A DNA stretch of 64,000 nt, taken from the NCBI GenBank assembly GCA_965198235.1, contig OZ240248.1, positions 2,688,001 to 2,752,000 on the forward strand. The letters are read 5' to 3'. Shown here one piece after another: positions 30,693 to 39,857 of this stretch (position 1 is its first letter; every line of letters begins with the position of its first letter). A model generated the notes under the pieces. The model was given only the letters and a program-made list of their open reading frames with translations. It was not told the origin of the DNA and did no database searches. The position numbers were made by a program, and so were the translations under genes. Source of the DNA: Candidatus Poribacteria bacterium. GTDB lineage: Bacteria; Poribacteria; WGA-4E; WGA-3G.

Positions 30693-33662
30693 ATGCAGAC
30701 CTATACAGAACAAAATTTTGAAGATCACATCGAACACCACCTAAATCAGTCGGGCTACCGGTCGTTACAATCTACTGACTATGATAAATCCCTCTGCCTG
30801 GTCCCCAATGAGACGCTGCAATTTATTCAGGACACGCAACCGGAAATCTATCGGAGACTGGAACGTCAGTACGGCGGGGAGACACCGCAGAAACTTCTTG
30901 ACCGTGTGAGCAAACAGATTGCGAGTCGTGGGGTGCTGGACGTGCTTCGAAAAGGCGTTAAGGATCGGGGGTGTGATTTTAAGCTAACCTACTTCCGTCC
31001 ATCGAGTGGCATGAATCCCGACCATCAACGGCTCTACGCGCAGAACCGATTCTCCCTGATCCGACAACTGCATTACTCACAGCGGAACGAGAAATCGCTC
31101 GATATGACCCTGTTCCTCAACGGGTTGCCGCTGGTGACGATGGAACTGAAGAACAGCCTCACCGGTCAGGTTGTCACGGATGCGGAAAAACAGTACCGAA
31201 CAGATCGGGATCCGAGAGAGCCGTTGTTCCAATTTAAGCGGTGTCTGGTGCACTTTGCGGTGGGCAACGAGAAGGTTTCAATGACGACCCACTTGCAAGG
31301 GGACGGGACACGCTTCTTTCCGTTTAACAAGGGGATCGAAAACCCGGTGAACCCGAAGGGGCACAAGACCGCTTACCTGTGGGAGGACATCCTACAACCC
31401 GATAATCTGATGGAGTTGATTAACAACTTTATCCATGAGCAGGAGACCGCAGAAAAGGTCTACGACTCCAAAATTGATGCGGTGAGAGATGAGAAGCACC
31501 GAGTGCTCGTTTTCCCGCGATACCATCAGCTTGATGTGATTCGTGAATTGGAAGCGGCTATCGTGAAAGAGGGGGTCGGACATAATTACCTCATCCAACA
31601 CACCACAGGGAGCGGCAAGTCGAACTCCATCGCATGGTTAGCGCATCTGCTAACGCATCTGTATCGCGCTCCGACGGATACAGATCGGATCTTCGACTCC
31701 ATCATCGTTGTAACCGATCGGCGCGTGCTTGACAAGCAGTTGCAGGACACCATCAAGCAGGTAGAACAGGTTGACGGCGTGGTGCATCCCGTTGATGCGA
31801 CTTCGGCGCAACTCAGGGGTTACCTCGAATCCGGCAAAGACATCATCATCTCGACGATTCAGAAGTTCAGTGTGATTGCTGAGGAGATTGGCAAACTCAA
31901 AAGCAAGACCTTCGCCGTGATTATCGACGAAGCACACTCCTCGCAGAGCGGTGAATCTGCAAGGAATCTCAGGATTTCGCTCTCGCAAGGGATTGGGTTA
32001 GGCGTAACGGAAGATTATGCCGATGAAGTATCCGATATGGACGCTCGGATCCTTGAAAAGATGGAACAGCGCAGAATGCAGGATCATATCTCCTATTTCG
32101 GTTTCAGCGGCACACCGAAAAACAAGACCTTAGAACTGTTCGGACGGAAGGACGCAGATGGAAAATTTGTCCCGTTCCACGTCTATTCCATGCGCCAGAG
32201 TATCAGCGAAGGTTTTACACTGGACGTGCTGCAAAACTACACCACCTTTAAGAGGTATTTTGAACTCGTTAAAAGTGTGCCGGAGGATAAAGAGTACGAG
32301 AGGGCGCGGACGCTCCGGACACTGACCGATTACGTTGACCTGCAGCACCACAGTATTGAGACCAAGACCCGGATTATGCTCGAACACTTCACCGCACGAA
32401 CCGCAAAGACGATTGAAGGGAAGGGGCGGGCGATGTTAATCACGCCGTCCCGACTGCACTGCGTCAAATACAAGCAGGAATTCGATAGACAGATGCGGGA
32501 AATGGGGCTTTCCTACGGCTGTCTCGTCGCGTTCAGCGGCACGGTGCACGACACCGACAACGGGCAGGACTATACGGAAAACGGGATGAATGCGTTACCG
32601 CCAAGCGTTTCCATTGCGGACAGCTTCAAGAGTCCTGAGTATCGGATTCTGATTGTGTCGAATAAGTTCCAGACGGGTTTCGATGAACCGCTGCTACAGA
32701 CGATGTACGTCGATAAGCGGTTAGACGGGCTGCAATGTGTCCAGAGTTTGAGCCGCTTGAATCGCGTCGCCACCGGTAAGACGGATACCCTGGTACTCGA
32801 CTTCGTGAATGAACCGAAGCAGGTACAAGAAGCGTTTCAGCAATACTACCAGACCACGATGCTCGCCGAGGAGACCGACCCGAATCGGTTGTATGACCTA
32901 CAGAGTCAGTTGGACGGTTTTGACCTCTACGATGAGCGGATCATTGATGAATTCTGTGAGGTCTTTTATGATACTGATAAACCCGACGAACTTCTACAAG
33001 GCATTCTCGATGGCGTTGTTGAGAGGTGGTCAGAGCTTGAAACAAATGACAGGGAGGAGTTTCGTTCTACCTTGCAAAGTTATATTCGGCTCTACGGGTA
33101 CATCTCACAGTTGATTACCTTCACCGATGTAGCGTTGGAGAAGTTGTATATCTTCGGTCGCAGTCTCAACAAGAAGCTCCCGAAACGGGATCACCCCGAC
33201 CTGCACGATGTCCTCGCGTCTGTGGATTTGGATTCGTTTCGTGTGCAAAGAACCCATGACAGTCTACAACTCTCCCTTGAAGCGCAGGATAGCGAGGTCG
33301 AAGGCATCGGCAGCGGTATCGCTATCATCAGGGACCCTGAGCAGGATTTCCTCTCCAATATTATTGACGCGCTGAACAATGCCTATCAGACAGATTTCAC
33401 AACAGAAGATAAAGTTGACATTGCGACCCTTCACCAAAAAGTGCACGAAAACGAGGAACTTCGGCAGGTGATTGAAGGGGATAATTCGGAGAGCAATAAA
33501 AGGTATAAGTTTGATCGGGTAATTGATGAAATTTTATTGGATTTCGTCAATAATAAACTTGAACTCTATACGAAATTATCGAAACCGGAGATCAACGCGG
33601 ATCTCAAACGTCAACTCTATCAAGCCTACCTTGATCAACCGTCCTCCGCCGTGCGAGGGTGA
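30693..33662 (+). CDS. hsdR: Type I R-M restriction subunit
   Basis: D..LFLNG.P....ELKN, QHTTGSGKS, IIDEAH, FSGTP, TGFDEP, Q.LSRLNR. Confidence 0.95.
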   Translation: MQTYTEQNFEDHIEHHLNQSGYRSLQSTDYDKSLCLVPNETLQFIQDTQPEIYRRLERQYGGETPQKLLDRVSKQIASRGVLDVLRKGVKDRGCDFKLTYFRPSSGMNPDHQRLYAQNRFSLIRQLHYSQRNEKSLDMTLFLNGLPLVTMELKNSLTGQVVTDAEKQYRTDRDPREPLFQFKRCLVHFAVGNEKVSMTTHLQGDGTRFFPFNKGIENPVNPKGHKTAYLWEDILQPDNLMELINNFIHEQETAEKVYDSKIDAVRDEKHRVLVFPRYHQLDVIRELEAAIVKEGVGHNYLIQHTTGSGKSNSIAWLAHLLTHLYRAPTDTDRIFDSIIVVTDRRVLDKQLQDTIKQVEQVDGVVHPVDATSAQLRGYLESGKDIIISTIQKFSVIAEEIGKLKSKTFAVIIDEAHSSQSGESARNLRISLSQGIGLGVTEDYADEVSDMDARILEKMEQRRMQDHISYFGFSGTPKNKTLELFGRKDADGKFVPFHVYSMRQSISEGFTLDVLQNYTTFKRYFELVKSVPEDKEYERARTLRTLTDYVDLQHHSIETKTRIMLEHFTARTAKTIEGKGRAMLITPSRLHCVKYKQEFDRQMREMGLSYGCLVAFSGTVHDTDNGQDYTENGMNALPPSVSIADSFKSPEYRILIVSNKFQTGFDEPLLQTMYVDKRLDGLQCVQSLSRLNRVATGKTDTLVLDFVNEPKQVQEAFQQYYQTTMLAEETDPNRLYDLQSQLDGFDLYDERIIDEFCEVFYDTDKPDELLQGILDGVVERWSELETNDREEFRSTLQSYIRLYGYISQLITFTDVALEKLYIFGRSLNKKLPKRDHPDLHDVLASVDLDSFRVQRTHDSLQLSLEAQDSEVEGIGSGIAIIRDPEQDFLSNIIDALNNAYQTDFTTEDKVDIATLHQKVHENEELRQVIEGDNSESNKRYKFDRVIDEILLDFVNNKLELYTKLSKPEINADLKRQLYQAYLDQPSSAVRG

Positions 33663-33863
33663 TTGTCTGAATCAGGATTTTCAGGCTTCTTCGATCTTTG
33701 CAGGATCAAAGAACGCGCACTCTCTAAATCCTTCAGCCTTCTTCGCATTGGATTTTAGCGTTTGCGGGGCGATAGGTGTATAGCAGCAGAGTATCCACAC
33801 ACGTCTAAGCCCCAGCGGAGCGAAATGTGTGTAGTGTCTTTCTTAACATAGTTGTATCTAATT

Positions 33864-33985
33864 TAGGACTTACGCATGCTGCTCTTTTGTAGCATAAACT
33901 GTTAGTTTGTGCCAGCAGACCGTCTGTTTTTTGGGGGAATTCCCATCTAATAGAACGTGCTACCGTCAAAACTGCGTAAGTCCTA
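33864..33985. mobile_element. MITE-like element with TAGGACTTACGCA terminal inverted repeats
   Basis: Perfect 13-bp TIR; the same TIR core bounds 45045-45243. Confidence 0.6.
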
Positions 33986-34039
33986 TAATTGTTTGTTTCC
34001 ATTTGGACGGGATCTTTCACCAATTCACAAGGGGAAAGT

Positions 34040-35077
34040 ATGGGCTATAGCGATGGCAGAAAACAGGTGCAGCGTATCTTGAAAATAATAGATCGCCTCC
34101 AGAAATCAAACGGCATTAGAGTCCGCGATCTGGCGGATTTCTATGACGTTGATATCACCCGCATCTATGAAGACCTGAAAATTATTAAGGAGCTCTACGA
34201 GCTGAAAAAAGATAAGGGGGCTTACTGGATTGAGTCAGAACGTTTGCTACGCTGGCCCAGGATCACAGCCGAAGAGAGTCGCGCCCTAGAACTAGTAATT
34301 ACTGCTTCACCGCTTGCAAAAGAACCGCGTTTTGAGCAATCTCTCAAACGCGTTCTGGAAAAACTCGACACGTCGCTTGCGGAACACATCCAATCGAAAT
34401 TGGAGCAAAATACGCCAATTCAACTCCACAAAGTCGATACAGACGACGAAATTGAGGGACCTCTTCACCTTTCAGAGGATGCACCACCCTATAGTGCCGA
34501 TAGCAATGCTGTTGAGCAGCACTTTCGCGTTTTAGAGGAGGCACTTTACGAGCAAAAGGCGGTGCGGGCGAGTTATCAACCGGGTGGAAAACCGGAGCCT
34601 GTTGTACACCTGCTCCACCCGTATGCCATCTTCTTTCGGAAGGTGGATTGGTATCTTGAGGCGTACTCTAATCTATCAGAACACGCGTCGCTCACCTTCA
34701 AGATCCTCCGTTTTCAAAAGGTTGAATTGACAGAGGAAACGTTTGAGCCCCCTCCGGATTTTTCGTTGGCAGAGAATTTGGATTCTCGATGGGAGCTCTT
34801 TAGCGGTGAACCGCTCAACATCACGCTCAGAATCGCGGCGCACAAAGTGTATTTGGTTGAGGAAAAGCAGCGTCATCCCTCACAAGAGATTGTAGAACGG
34901 TGTGCAGATGGTGCGGTGATTGTCCGTTATGAGGTACCCAAAGAAGAATTCACATTTTGGGTATTGAGTTTAGGGGATGCGGCGGAGGTCTTGGATCCAC
35001 CTGAATTTCGGGCAGAGTTTCAGGAGATTGTCCAGCGGATACATGCGATCTATTCTAACCCAAGTTACTACTTATAA
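34040..35077 (+). CDS. HTH-WYL-WCX transcriptional regulator
   Basis: N-terminal HTH (VRDLADFY.V....IYEDL), HPY....K..WYL.AY, FK..R, LG..AEVL.P...R. Confidence 0.92.
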   Translation: MGYSDGRKQVQRILKIIDRLQKSNGIRVRDLADFYDVDITRIYEDLKIIKELYELKKDKGAYWIESERLLRWPRITAEESRALELVITASPLAKEPRFEQSLKRVLEKLDTSLAEHIQSKLEQNTPIQLHKVDTDDEIEGPLHLSEDAPPYSADSNAVEQHFRVLEEALYEQKAVRASYQPGGKPEPVVHLLHPYAIFFRKVDWYLEAYSNLSEHASLTFKILRFQKVELTEETFEPPPDFSLAENLDSRWELFSGEPLNITLRIAAHKVYLVEEKQRHPSQEIVERCADGAVIVRYEVPKEEFTFWVLSLGDAAEVLDPPEFRAEFQEIVQRIHAIYSNPSYYL

Positions 35078-35131
35078 GATTTTCGGCATCCAGAGTCCCT
35101 GTTTCATTGAAAATCGTTGCTGATCGGCAGG

Positions 35132-35262
35132 GTTTTGTAGCGTATCCTGTTAGGTTGCGCACTAAGGCTTCTAACGCCGCTAAGGTTGACGTACTGCAGT
35201 TTTGTAGCGTATCCTGTTAGGTTGCGCACCCTTATGCACAAACTAACAGTTTATGCTACAAA
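35132..35262. repeat. Two identical 31-bp direct repeats plus an inverted diverged copy (REP-like)
   Basis: 35132-35162 = 35199-35229; inverted relative at 35235-35262; another family member near 33885. Confidence 0.75.
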
Positions 35263-35485
35263 GGTGGCAACTTGCGTTATTCTATCTAGAAGATTGAAAG
35301 AGTCATAGAAACTGATTGCATAGGGCTATTTATAGTAAAGTTTACAATTATGTTTACATGCGGCCTTTACTGTCTGGTCGTTTGTAGTAGGGAAATCTCT
35401 TTCCTTTCACCTCCGGGGCCTCGTCCTATGGAATACATATAAATAGGGCGGGACACCGCAGCCCCACCCTATTGAGCACTTTACA

Positions 35486-35721
35486 CAGAAAACCACCTCG
35501 GTGAGAGATGGGCAACCTATCCTGTTGACCGGACAACAGGCATCTCGGCATACGCAACAGATTTCGGTTGCGATTTTACTTCTGATTCTCTGCTAATGTT
35601 TGTAATGCCTTGGTTATTCGGGCAGAAAACCACCTTAGTGGGAGGTGGGCAACCTATCCTACCGACCGGTCGGTAGACAGCTCAGCATACGCAATAGTCT
35701 TCGGCTGCGATTTTACATCTG
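35486..35721 (-). ncRNA. Putative structured ncRNA: two tandem 99-nt units separated by 38 nt
   Basis: Ungapped alignment with 19 differences, including a triple compensatory change; minus-strand promoter directly upstream. Confidence 0.55.
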
Positions 35722-35724
35722 CTG

Positions 35725-35752
35725 ATAATAACCTACCCTATTTCGCTTGCAA
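35725..35752 (-). promoter_or_regulatory. Putative divergent sigma70 promoter for the ncRNA
   Basis: TTGCAA-16-TATTAT on the minus strand; predicted TSS about 35718, at the start of unit 2. Confidence 0.55.
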
Positions 35753-35783
35753 AATCAAGAAATTTGCGAAATATCTGGATTTT
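35751..35783. promoter_or_regulatory. Inverted-repeat operator candidate
   Basis: AAAATCAAGAAATTT-GCG-AAATATCTGGATTTT; 13 of 15 arm positions complementary. Confidence 0.5.
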
Positions 35784-35857
35784 TTTGGAAAAAAGACCGA
35801 ATTTTCTGCATTTTTAGGTCGAATTTTTTGGCTTTTGTGTAAAACGCCAATTTTATA

Positions 35858-35866
35858 TGGTATAAT
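35858..35866 (+). promoter_or_regulatory. Extended -10 promoter of the cas operon
   Basis: TGGTATAAT followed by AAGGAGG RBS and ATG at 35895. Confidence 0.65.
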
Positions 35867-35894
35867 TAAGTATAAACCAAAAGGAGGGAAACGA

Positions 35895-38120
35895 ATGGTT
35901 GACATTGAGGGACACAAATCGAAAATTTTAGCAGCTCACATCGCAGCGACGATGGAAACATCCTCACCTCCAGAGGAACTCGAGGTATTTATACGCTCTC
36001 ACCGCGCCGAAGGTCAGCGTCTCAAACAGTGGTGGGATGATATGGATGCTTTACGCGTCATCCGATACGCCGAACGCCAGTGGAGAATTCACCCTCCAGA
36101 AACCGACCCGAATCCGAATTCAATTGGCAAACCCTCTATGGGGGTAGATGAGGTTGTTCTCTTCGCGGGCAAGGAAATTGGCAAAGTTTACAACTATTAC
36201 CGTACCGTGCTTCCGCAAGAAATGCAGATTCGGCTCGCTTATGACACCTTAATTGAGCGGTTCATAGAATTCCTACAAAGGAAGAAATGTGCTATTCGCC
36301 TTTCTGAAAACCAATTGACGTGTGTCTTATTTATTCCGGATACAGACTTTCCACTCGTAGATGAATGGCAACGGTTCGTCGAATTTGCTTATTCAGAAGA
36401 GGAGTTGTATAAGTCTTTTACACTATTTGTGAACAGCATGAAACTAACTAACAGAGGTTTTGGCTATGTCCACTTTCCATCGGTTACTGAAGCGATGAAG
36501 CTTTGGCAAGCTGCTTTTTATATCGCTACGCTTCGGGAAAGAGTTGTTCGGTACCCTGACAACTATAAGAAAGCCAAAACTGATAAGGAGCGCAGTGTTG
36601 CTGGGAACGCAAATCGCGAAGAGTTAAAATGCCTTTTAACCGAATTACGTGCTGAAGTGCCGAGTCACGCGCGTAGGTTTGATAAGGCGGTAGTGCTTTC
36701 TCACCAATTCAACCGAACTGGTTCAAGCCAATTTTCTTATGGCACAGTAAAGCCTCGCTCAAAGAAAGGGAAAATTGAAGATAAGATTGTTGAAATTCTG
36801 AATGAACCTCTTAGATTCCTAACTTGTCCTCTTGCTCCTGTTGATGAAATAGCACACGATTACGTCCATAGTGCTGGTGATACGGTAAAAAACCGTTGCT
36901 ATGGTTGCGGTAGGCATTTGCCTTCAAAAAGCGAAACTCGCGACTTTAAAGGCAAACTGGAGGCAAACCGATTTGTCTTCTCAGATCCTTCGCAAAGGTT
37001 GCAATCGGGGGGTGGGCAAGCCCAACCCGCTATATGCCTCGACTGTCTTTCAGTCGCTTTTGGTTGCCCCATTAAACTGACAGGGGGTGCGATTATAGTT
37101 CATTTGTCGCCACGAACTGTTGAAGACAACAATCCATTGTCGCGTGAGAAATATCTCCGGATGCTCACACTCGGGGAACTGAATCTGATTGCTGGGCGGT
37201 ATCTACTGATTAAATGTAATGACTTTATGCGCTCAACACCTGTATCCGAAAAAATAGGGCAGGTTCAATATGCACTCTGGCGTATTGCCCAAACACTTCC
37301 AACTGAAGCACTAAGTAAGATGCACTTTACCCTCTTCGCTGATGAATCGAAAATATCGTTGGAAACTCGCCATCTGGTTTGGCTTAGTCACCTCTATGAG
37401 TGTTTTTCACCTCGTATTATCGTGAACGGTAAAGACAATATTCCATTGGGGCAAGCGATCCGGCTCATTCAGAAAGATGAAGTGATTTTAGCTATCTATA
37501 AACTTGTGACAGCAGAGTCTACAGAAGCTAAACAACTCAGCAATTGGTCATACAATGAAAAACGGAGTCTTGAGGAACTCCGCGAAAAGCATTGTACCTT
37601 ACTTGAACAATCCTCAAAAGGAAATAAATTGATGTCGAAACAAGCAGACTTTTATCGGGACATCGCTGCCCTCACTGGGTTAACTTATGCTTATTGCGAC
37701 TACCTCCGCCGTGAGTTAAGAAAAAAGGAGAATACTGGCAAAGTCCAGCCAGGTACTGTCCAGCGAGAAGTCAAAAAACTTATTGAGAAAGTTGTAAATC
37801 CCAGTTTTTTCAACTACGAAGCCTCTGATGTTCTTCCCGGCACACGCGCTACGATGTACTGCAGCGATGATAACTATTTCTGTTACGCAGAGGCGAAGCA
37901 GTTGTTGGAAGGAACACTCAAGTTGGATCTATCCGACCGCGAGGGGCGCACCGACAAAGGACAAGAGTCGATGACTATCTTTTTTGATGACATTCTGAAC
38001 GCCTATGCCGCCTTATCTCAGAAGTACTGCAGGAAGGCACAGCAAAGGAAGTTGTCTTATCAACTCAAACTGAACCTTCACGCGAAGTTCGCATCCCTAT
38101 TCAATCAGAAAGGAGATTAA
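35895..38120 (+). CDS. CRISPR large subunit, Cas10d/Cas8-like, with no recognisable HD nuclease domain
   Basis: First gene of the cas operon, 741 aa; CYGC...CLDC Zn finger; helical C-terminus; strong RBS; no HD/HH motif set at the N-terminus. Confidence 0.7.
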   Translation: MVDIEGHKSKILAAHIAATMETSSPPEELEVFIRSHRAEGQRLKQWWDDMDALRVIRYAERQWRIHPPETDPNPNSIGKPSMGVDEVVLFAGKEIGKVYNYYRTVLPQEMQIRLAYDTLIERFIEFLQRKKCAIRLSENQLTCVLFIPDTDFPLVDEWQRFVEFAYSEEELYKSFTLFVNSMKLTNRGFGYVHFPSVTEAMKLWQAAFYIATLRERVVRYPDNYKKAKTDKERSVAGNANREELKCLLTELRAEVPSHARRFDKAVVLSHQFNRTGSSQFSYGTVKPRSKKGKIEDKIVEILNEPLRFLTCPLAPVDEIAHDYVHSAGDTVKNRCYGCGRHLPSKSETRDFKGKLEANRFVFSDPSQRLQSGGGQAQPAICLDCLSVAFGCPIKLTGGAIIVHLSPRTVEDNNPLSREKYLRMLTLGELNLIAGRYLLIKCNDFMRSTPVSEKIGQVQYALWRIAQTLPTEALSKMHFTLFADESKISLETRHLVWLSHLYECFSPRIIVNGKDNIPLGQAIRLIQKDEVILAIYKLVTAESTEAKQLSNWSYNEKRSLEELREKHCTLLEQSSKGNKLMSKQADFYRDIAALTGLTYAYCDYLRRELRKKENTGKVQPGTVQREVKKLIEKVVNPSFFNYEASDVLPGTRATMYCSDDNYFCYAEAKQLLEGTLKLDLSDREGRTDKGQESMTIFFDDILNAYAALSQKYCRKAQQRKLSYQLKLNLHAKFASLFNQKGD
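37632..38120 (+). CDS. Putative internally translated Cas11-like small subunit (162 aa)
   Basis: In-frame ATG preceded by AAAGGAAA; matches the known internal Cas11 start in types I-B/I-C/I-D. Confidence 0.55.
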   Translation: MSKQADFYRDIAALTGLTYAYCDYLRRELRKKENTGKVQPGTVQREVKKLIEKVVNPSFFNYEASDVLPGTRATMYCSDDNYFCYAEAKQLLEGTLKLDLSDREGRTDKGQESMTIFFDDILNAYAALSQKYCRKAQQRKLSYQLKLNLHAKFASLFNQKGD

Positions 38121-38125
38121 CCAAA

Positions 38126-39100
38126 ATGGCAATTAACGTGAAATCTGGGCTTGAAGATTATTCGGACAAACCGCGCTTCAACTTTGACATTTACGCAATC
38201 CTCGAAGGCGGTCAAGAACTCTTTTTCGGGCACGAAACGCAGGTGAATGTTAACATAGTTGAAACAGTCACTATCGCTTTACCTGATGGTGCCGGTGATG
38301 GTGGCGAACTTGAAAAATGCTATCTCTCTCCAACAAAGCGCCGTGGTGTTGAACGCCGTGCATTGATTTGGGCACCTACCGGAAATGGGTTGTTAGGAGA
38401 TTCCTTGAACTGTGGCATTCCGCATACGTGTAGTAAGGCAGAGTGCCCGATTTGTCGCGTTTTTGGAGGTCTCATCACAACTGCGACTGAAGTCAAGGGC
38501 GAATCCGAAAAACGTCCCGCAACAACCCTCATCGGACGCCTTACCCATAGCGGCGGTGTCGCGATTCAGGAATTGGGACCAGAAGAAAAGCAGCGTGCAA
38601 TGCACCCTTCAATGATACGGAAAGCACCCGAAGCCGATCCGACACCGACTCCCTTTAAGCGAGAATACAATCAACCAGGTCTCCTCTATCCAGTCTACAA
38701 TCACTGTTTGAGTATGACAGAAAGCGAATTCTACGCTGTGGCTTACGCATTCATGAGTGCGCTGGCGCGCTTAGGGGCAGGCAATCCTAAAGGTGTCAAA
38801 ATTCATGATGCCCCGCTTACAAAAGATGAAGATGAACCCTGGATAGTTGTTGACAAGTATCTGTCGCCACTTGGCAAACGGCCTATCATTTCACCCGCTA
38901 TTACGGATGTTGAAACAGCGAAAAGGCAGTTTACAAACGCTATCTTTTCAGTCGCGGGCGTTGAACAAGAACCTGCCAGCGAATTGACTCAGGGAAATTT
39001 CCACCGTTACGTCGGTGATGCCGCCATTGCCAAGTTATCAGAGTATTTGGTCAAGTTTGAAAAGGAGAAACTCAATGTGGATGCTGGAAATGGTGATTAA
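38126..39100 (+). CDS. cas7: Cas7 backbone subunit (Csc2-like)
   Basis: K-R-R-G-V-E-R-R, C...C...CPIC.VFG, LGAG; position in operon. Confidence 0.8.
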   Translation: MAINVKSGLEDYSDKPRFNFDIYAILEGGQELFFGHETQVNVNIVETVTIALPDGAGDGGELEKCYLSPTKRRGVERRALIWAPTGNGLLGDSLNCGIPHTCSKAECPICRVFGGLITTATEVKGESEKRPATTLIGRLTHSGGVAIQELGPEEKQRAMHPSMIRKAPEADPTPTPFKREYNQPGLLYPVYNHCLSMTESEFYAVAYAFMSALARLGAGNPKGVKIHDAPLTKDEDEPWIVVDKYLSPLGKRPIISPAITDVETAKRQFTNAIFSVAGVEQEPASELTQGNFHRYVGDAAIAKLSEYLVKFEKEKLNVDAGNGD

Positions 39101-39857
39101 ACCGACATCAGGGTTAACATTCCGACGGATGCCTTCGTCTATCTTGCATATCAGTACGTACCCGTTTCTACCACCGACGACGATGTCTGGATTTTTACGT
39201 CGATTGAAGATGTTGGAAGTTGGGCATCTACCGGAAACCGCTGTCAAAGATCCAGATTACTATGCCTTGCCTCCCCAACTTTGCACCCTTGGTGCGTATC
39301 CAAAAGTGAATGACTATCGCATTCATACAACAAAGCGTCAAGGAATCAGATCTTTCAACCATAACGCCTTCTCGCGAATTGTTAGGTACCAATCCAAGAA
39401 TGAAGTCTATCAACTTCATACATGGGAATACCTTTTCACGGAACAGCTCATCGGTTATGTGGTTTCGGAAGATGAGGAACTCTTAGGTCAATTGAGAACG
39501 ATTGAAAACTTTGGTTGTAAGATTGGCAAAGAGGGGTACGCTTTTGTAGATCAAATTTGTGGACCTACTCAACTCATTTTGGAACAAGTTAGAGCAAAAC
39601 CCGATACACTCCTCCCTGGAACAGCACTCATTGGAGTTCCATGCGAGGCATTTCCACTGTACCGCTATGCTTGGGAAATAGATGCCTCCGAACACACCAG
39701 CCTTGCACATCCAGAACCGAGTGCTATTGAAGGATTCATCCCATTTGTTGCTGGAGAAATTCGCGGTGAAATTGAACTCGATTATTATACCGATGGGAAC
39801 GTTCATCTTCCGAAGCCCTTCATTGATGAATTGCAGGAAGGAGAGTCAGATGGTTAA
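39075..39857 (+). CDS. cas5: Cas5 subunit
   Basis: TFRR...TYPFLPPTT.SG.L, G.K.GKEG; AAGGAG RBS. Confidence 0.8.
   Translation: MWMLEMVIKPTSGLTFRRMPSSILHISTYPFLPPTTMSGFLRRLKMLEVGHLPETAVKDPDYYALPPQLCTLGAYPKVNDYRIHTTKRQGIRSFNHNAFSRIVRYQSKNEVYQLHTWEYLFTEQLIGYVVSEDEELLGQLRTIENFGCKIGKEGYAFVDQICGPTQLILEQVRAKPDTLLPGTALIGVPCEAFPLYRYAWEIDASEHTSLAHPEPSAIEGFIPFVAGEIRGEIELDYYTDGNVHLPKPFIDELQEGESDG

Noticed and set aside
35486-35721. Assignment of the 99-nt units to an HDV-like ribozyme or c-di-GMP riboswitch
   Set aside because: Only short words such as GGGCAAC match; the required pairings and conserved cores could not be built.
35610-35894. 95-aa N-terminal extension of the large subunit in the ORF track
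   Set aside because: Runs through the structured repeat and promoter; the real start at 35895 has a strong RBS and -10.
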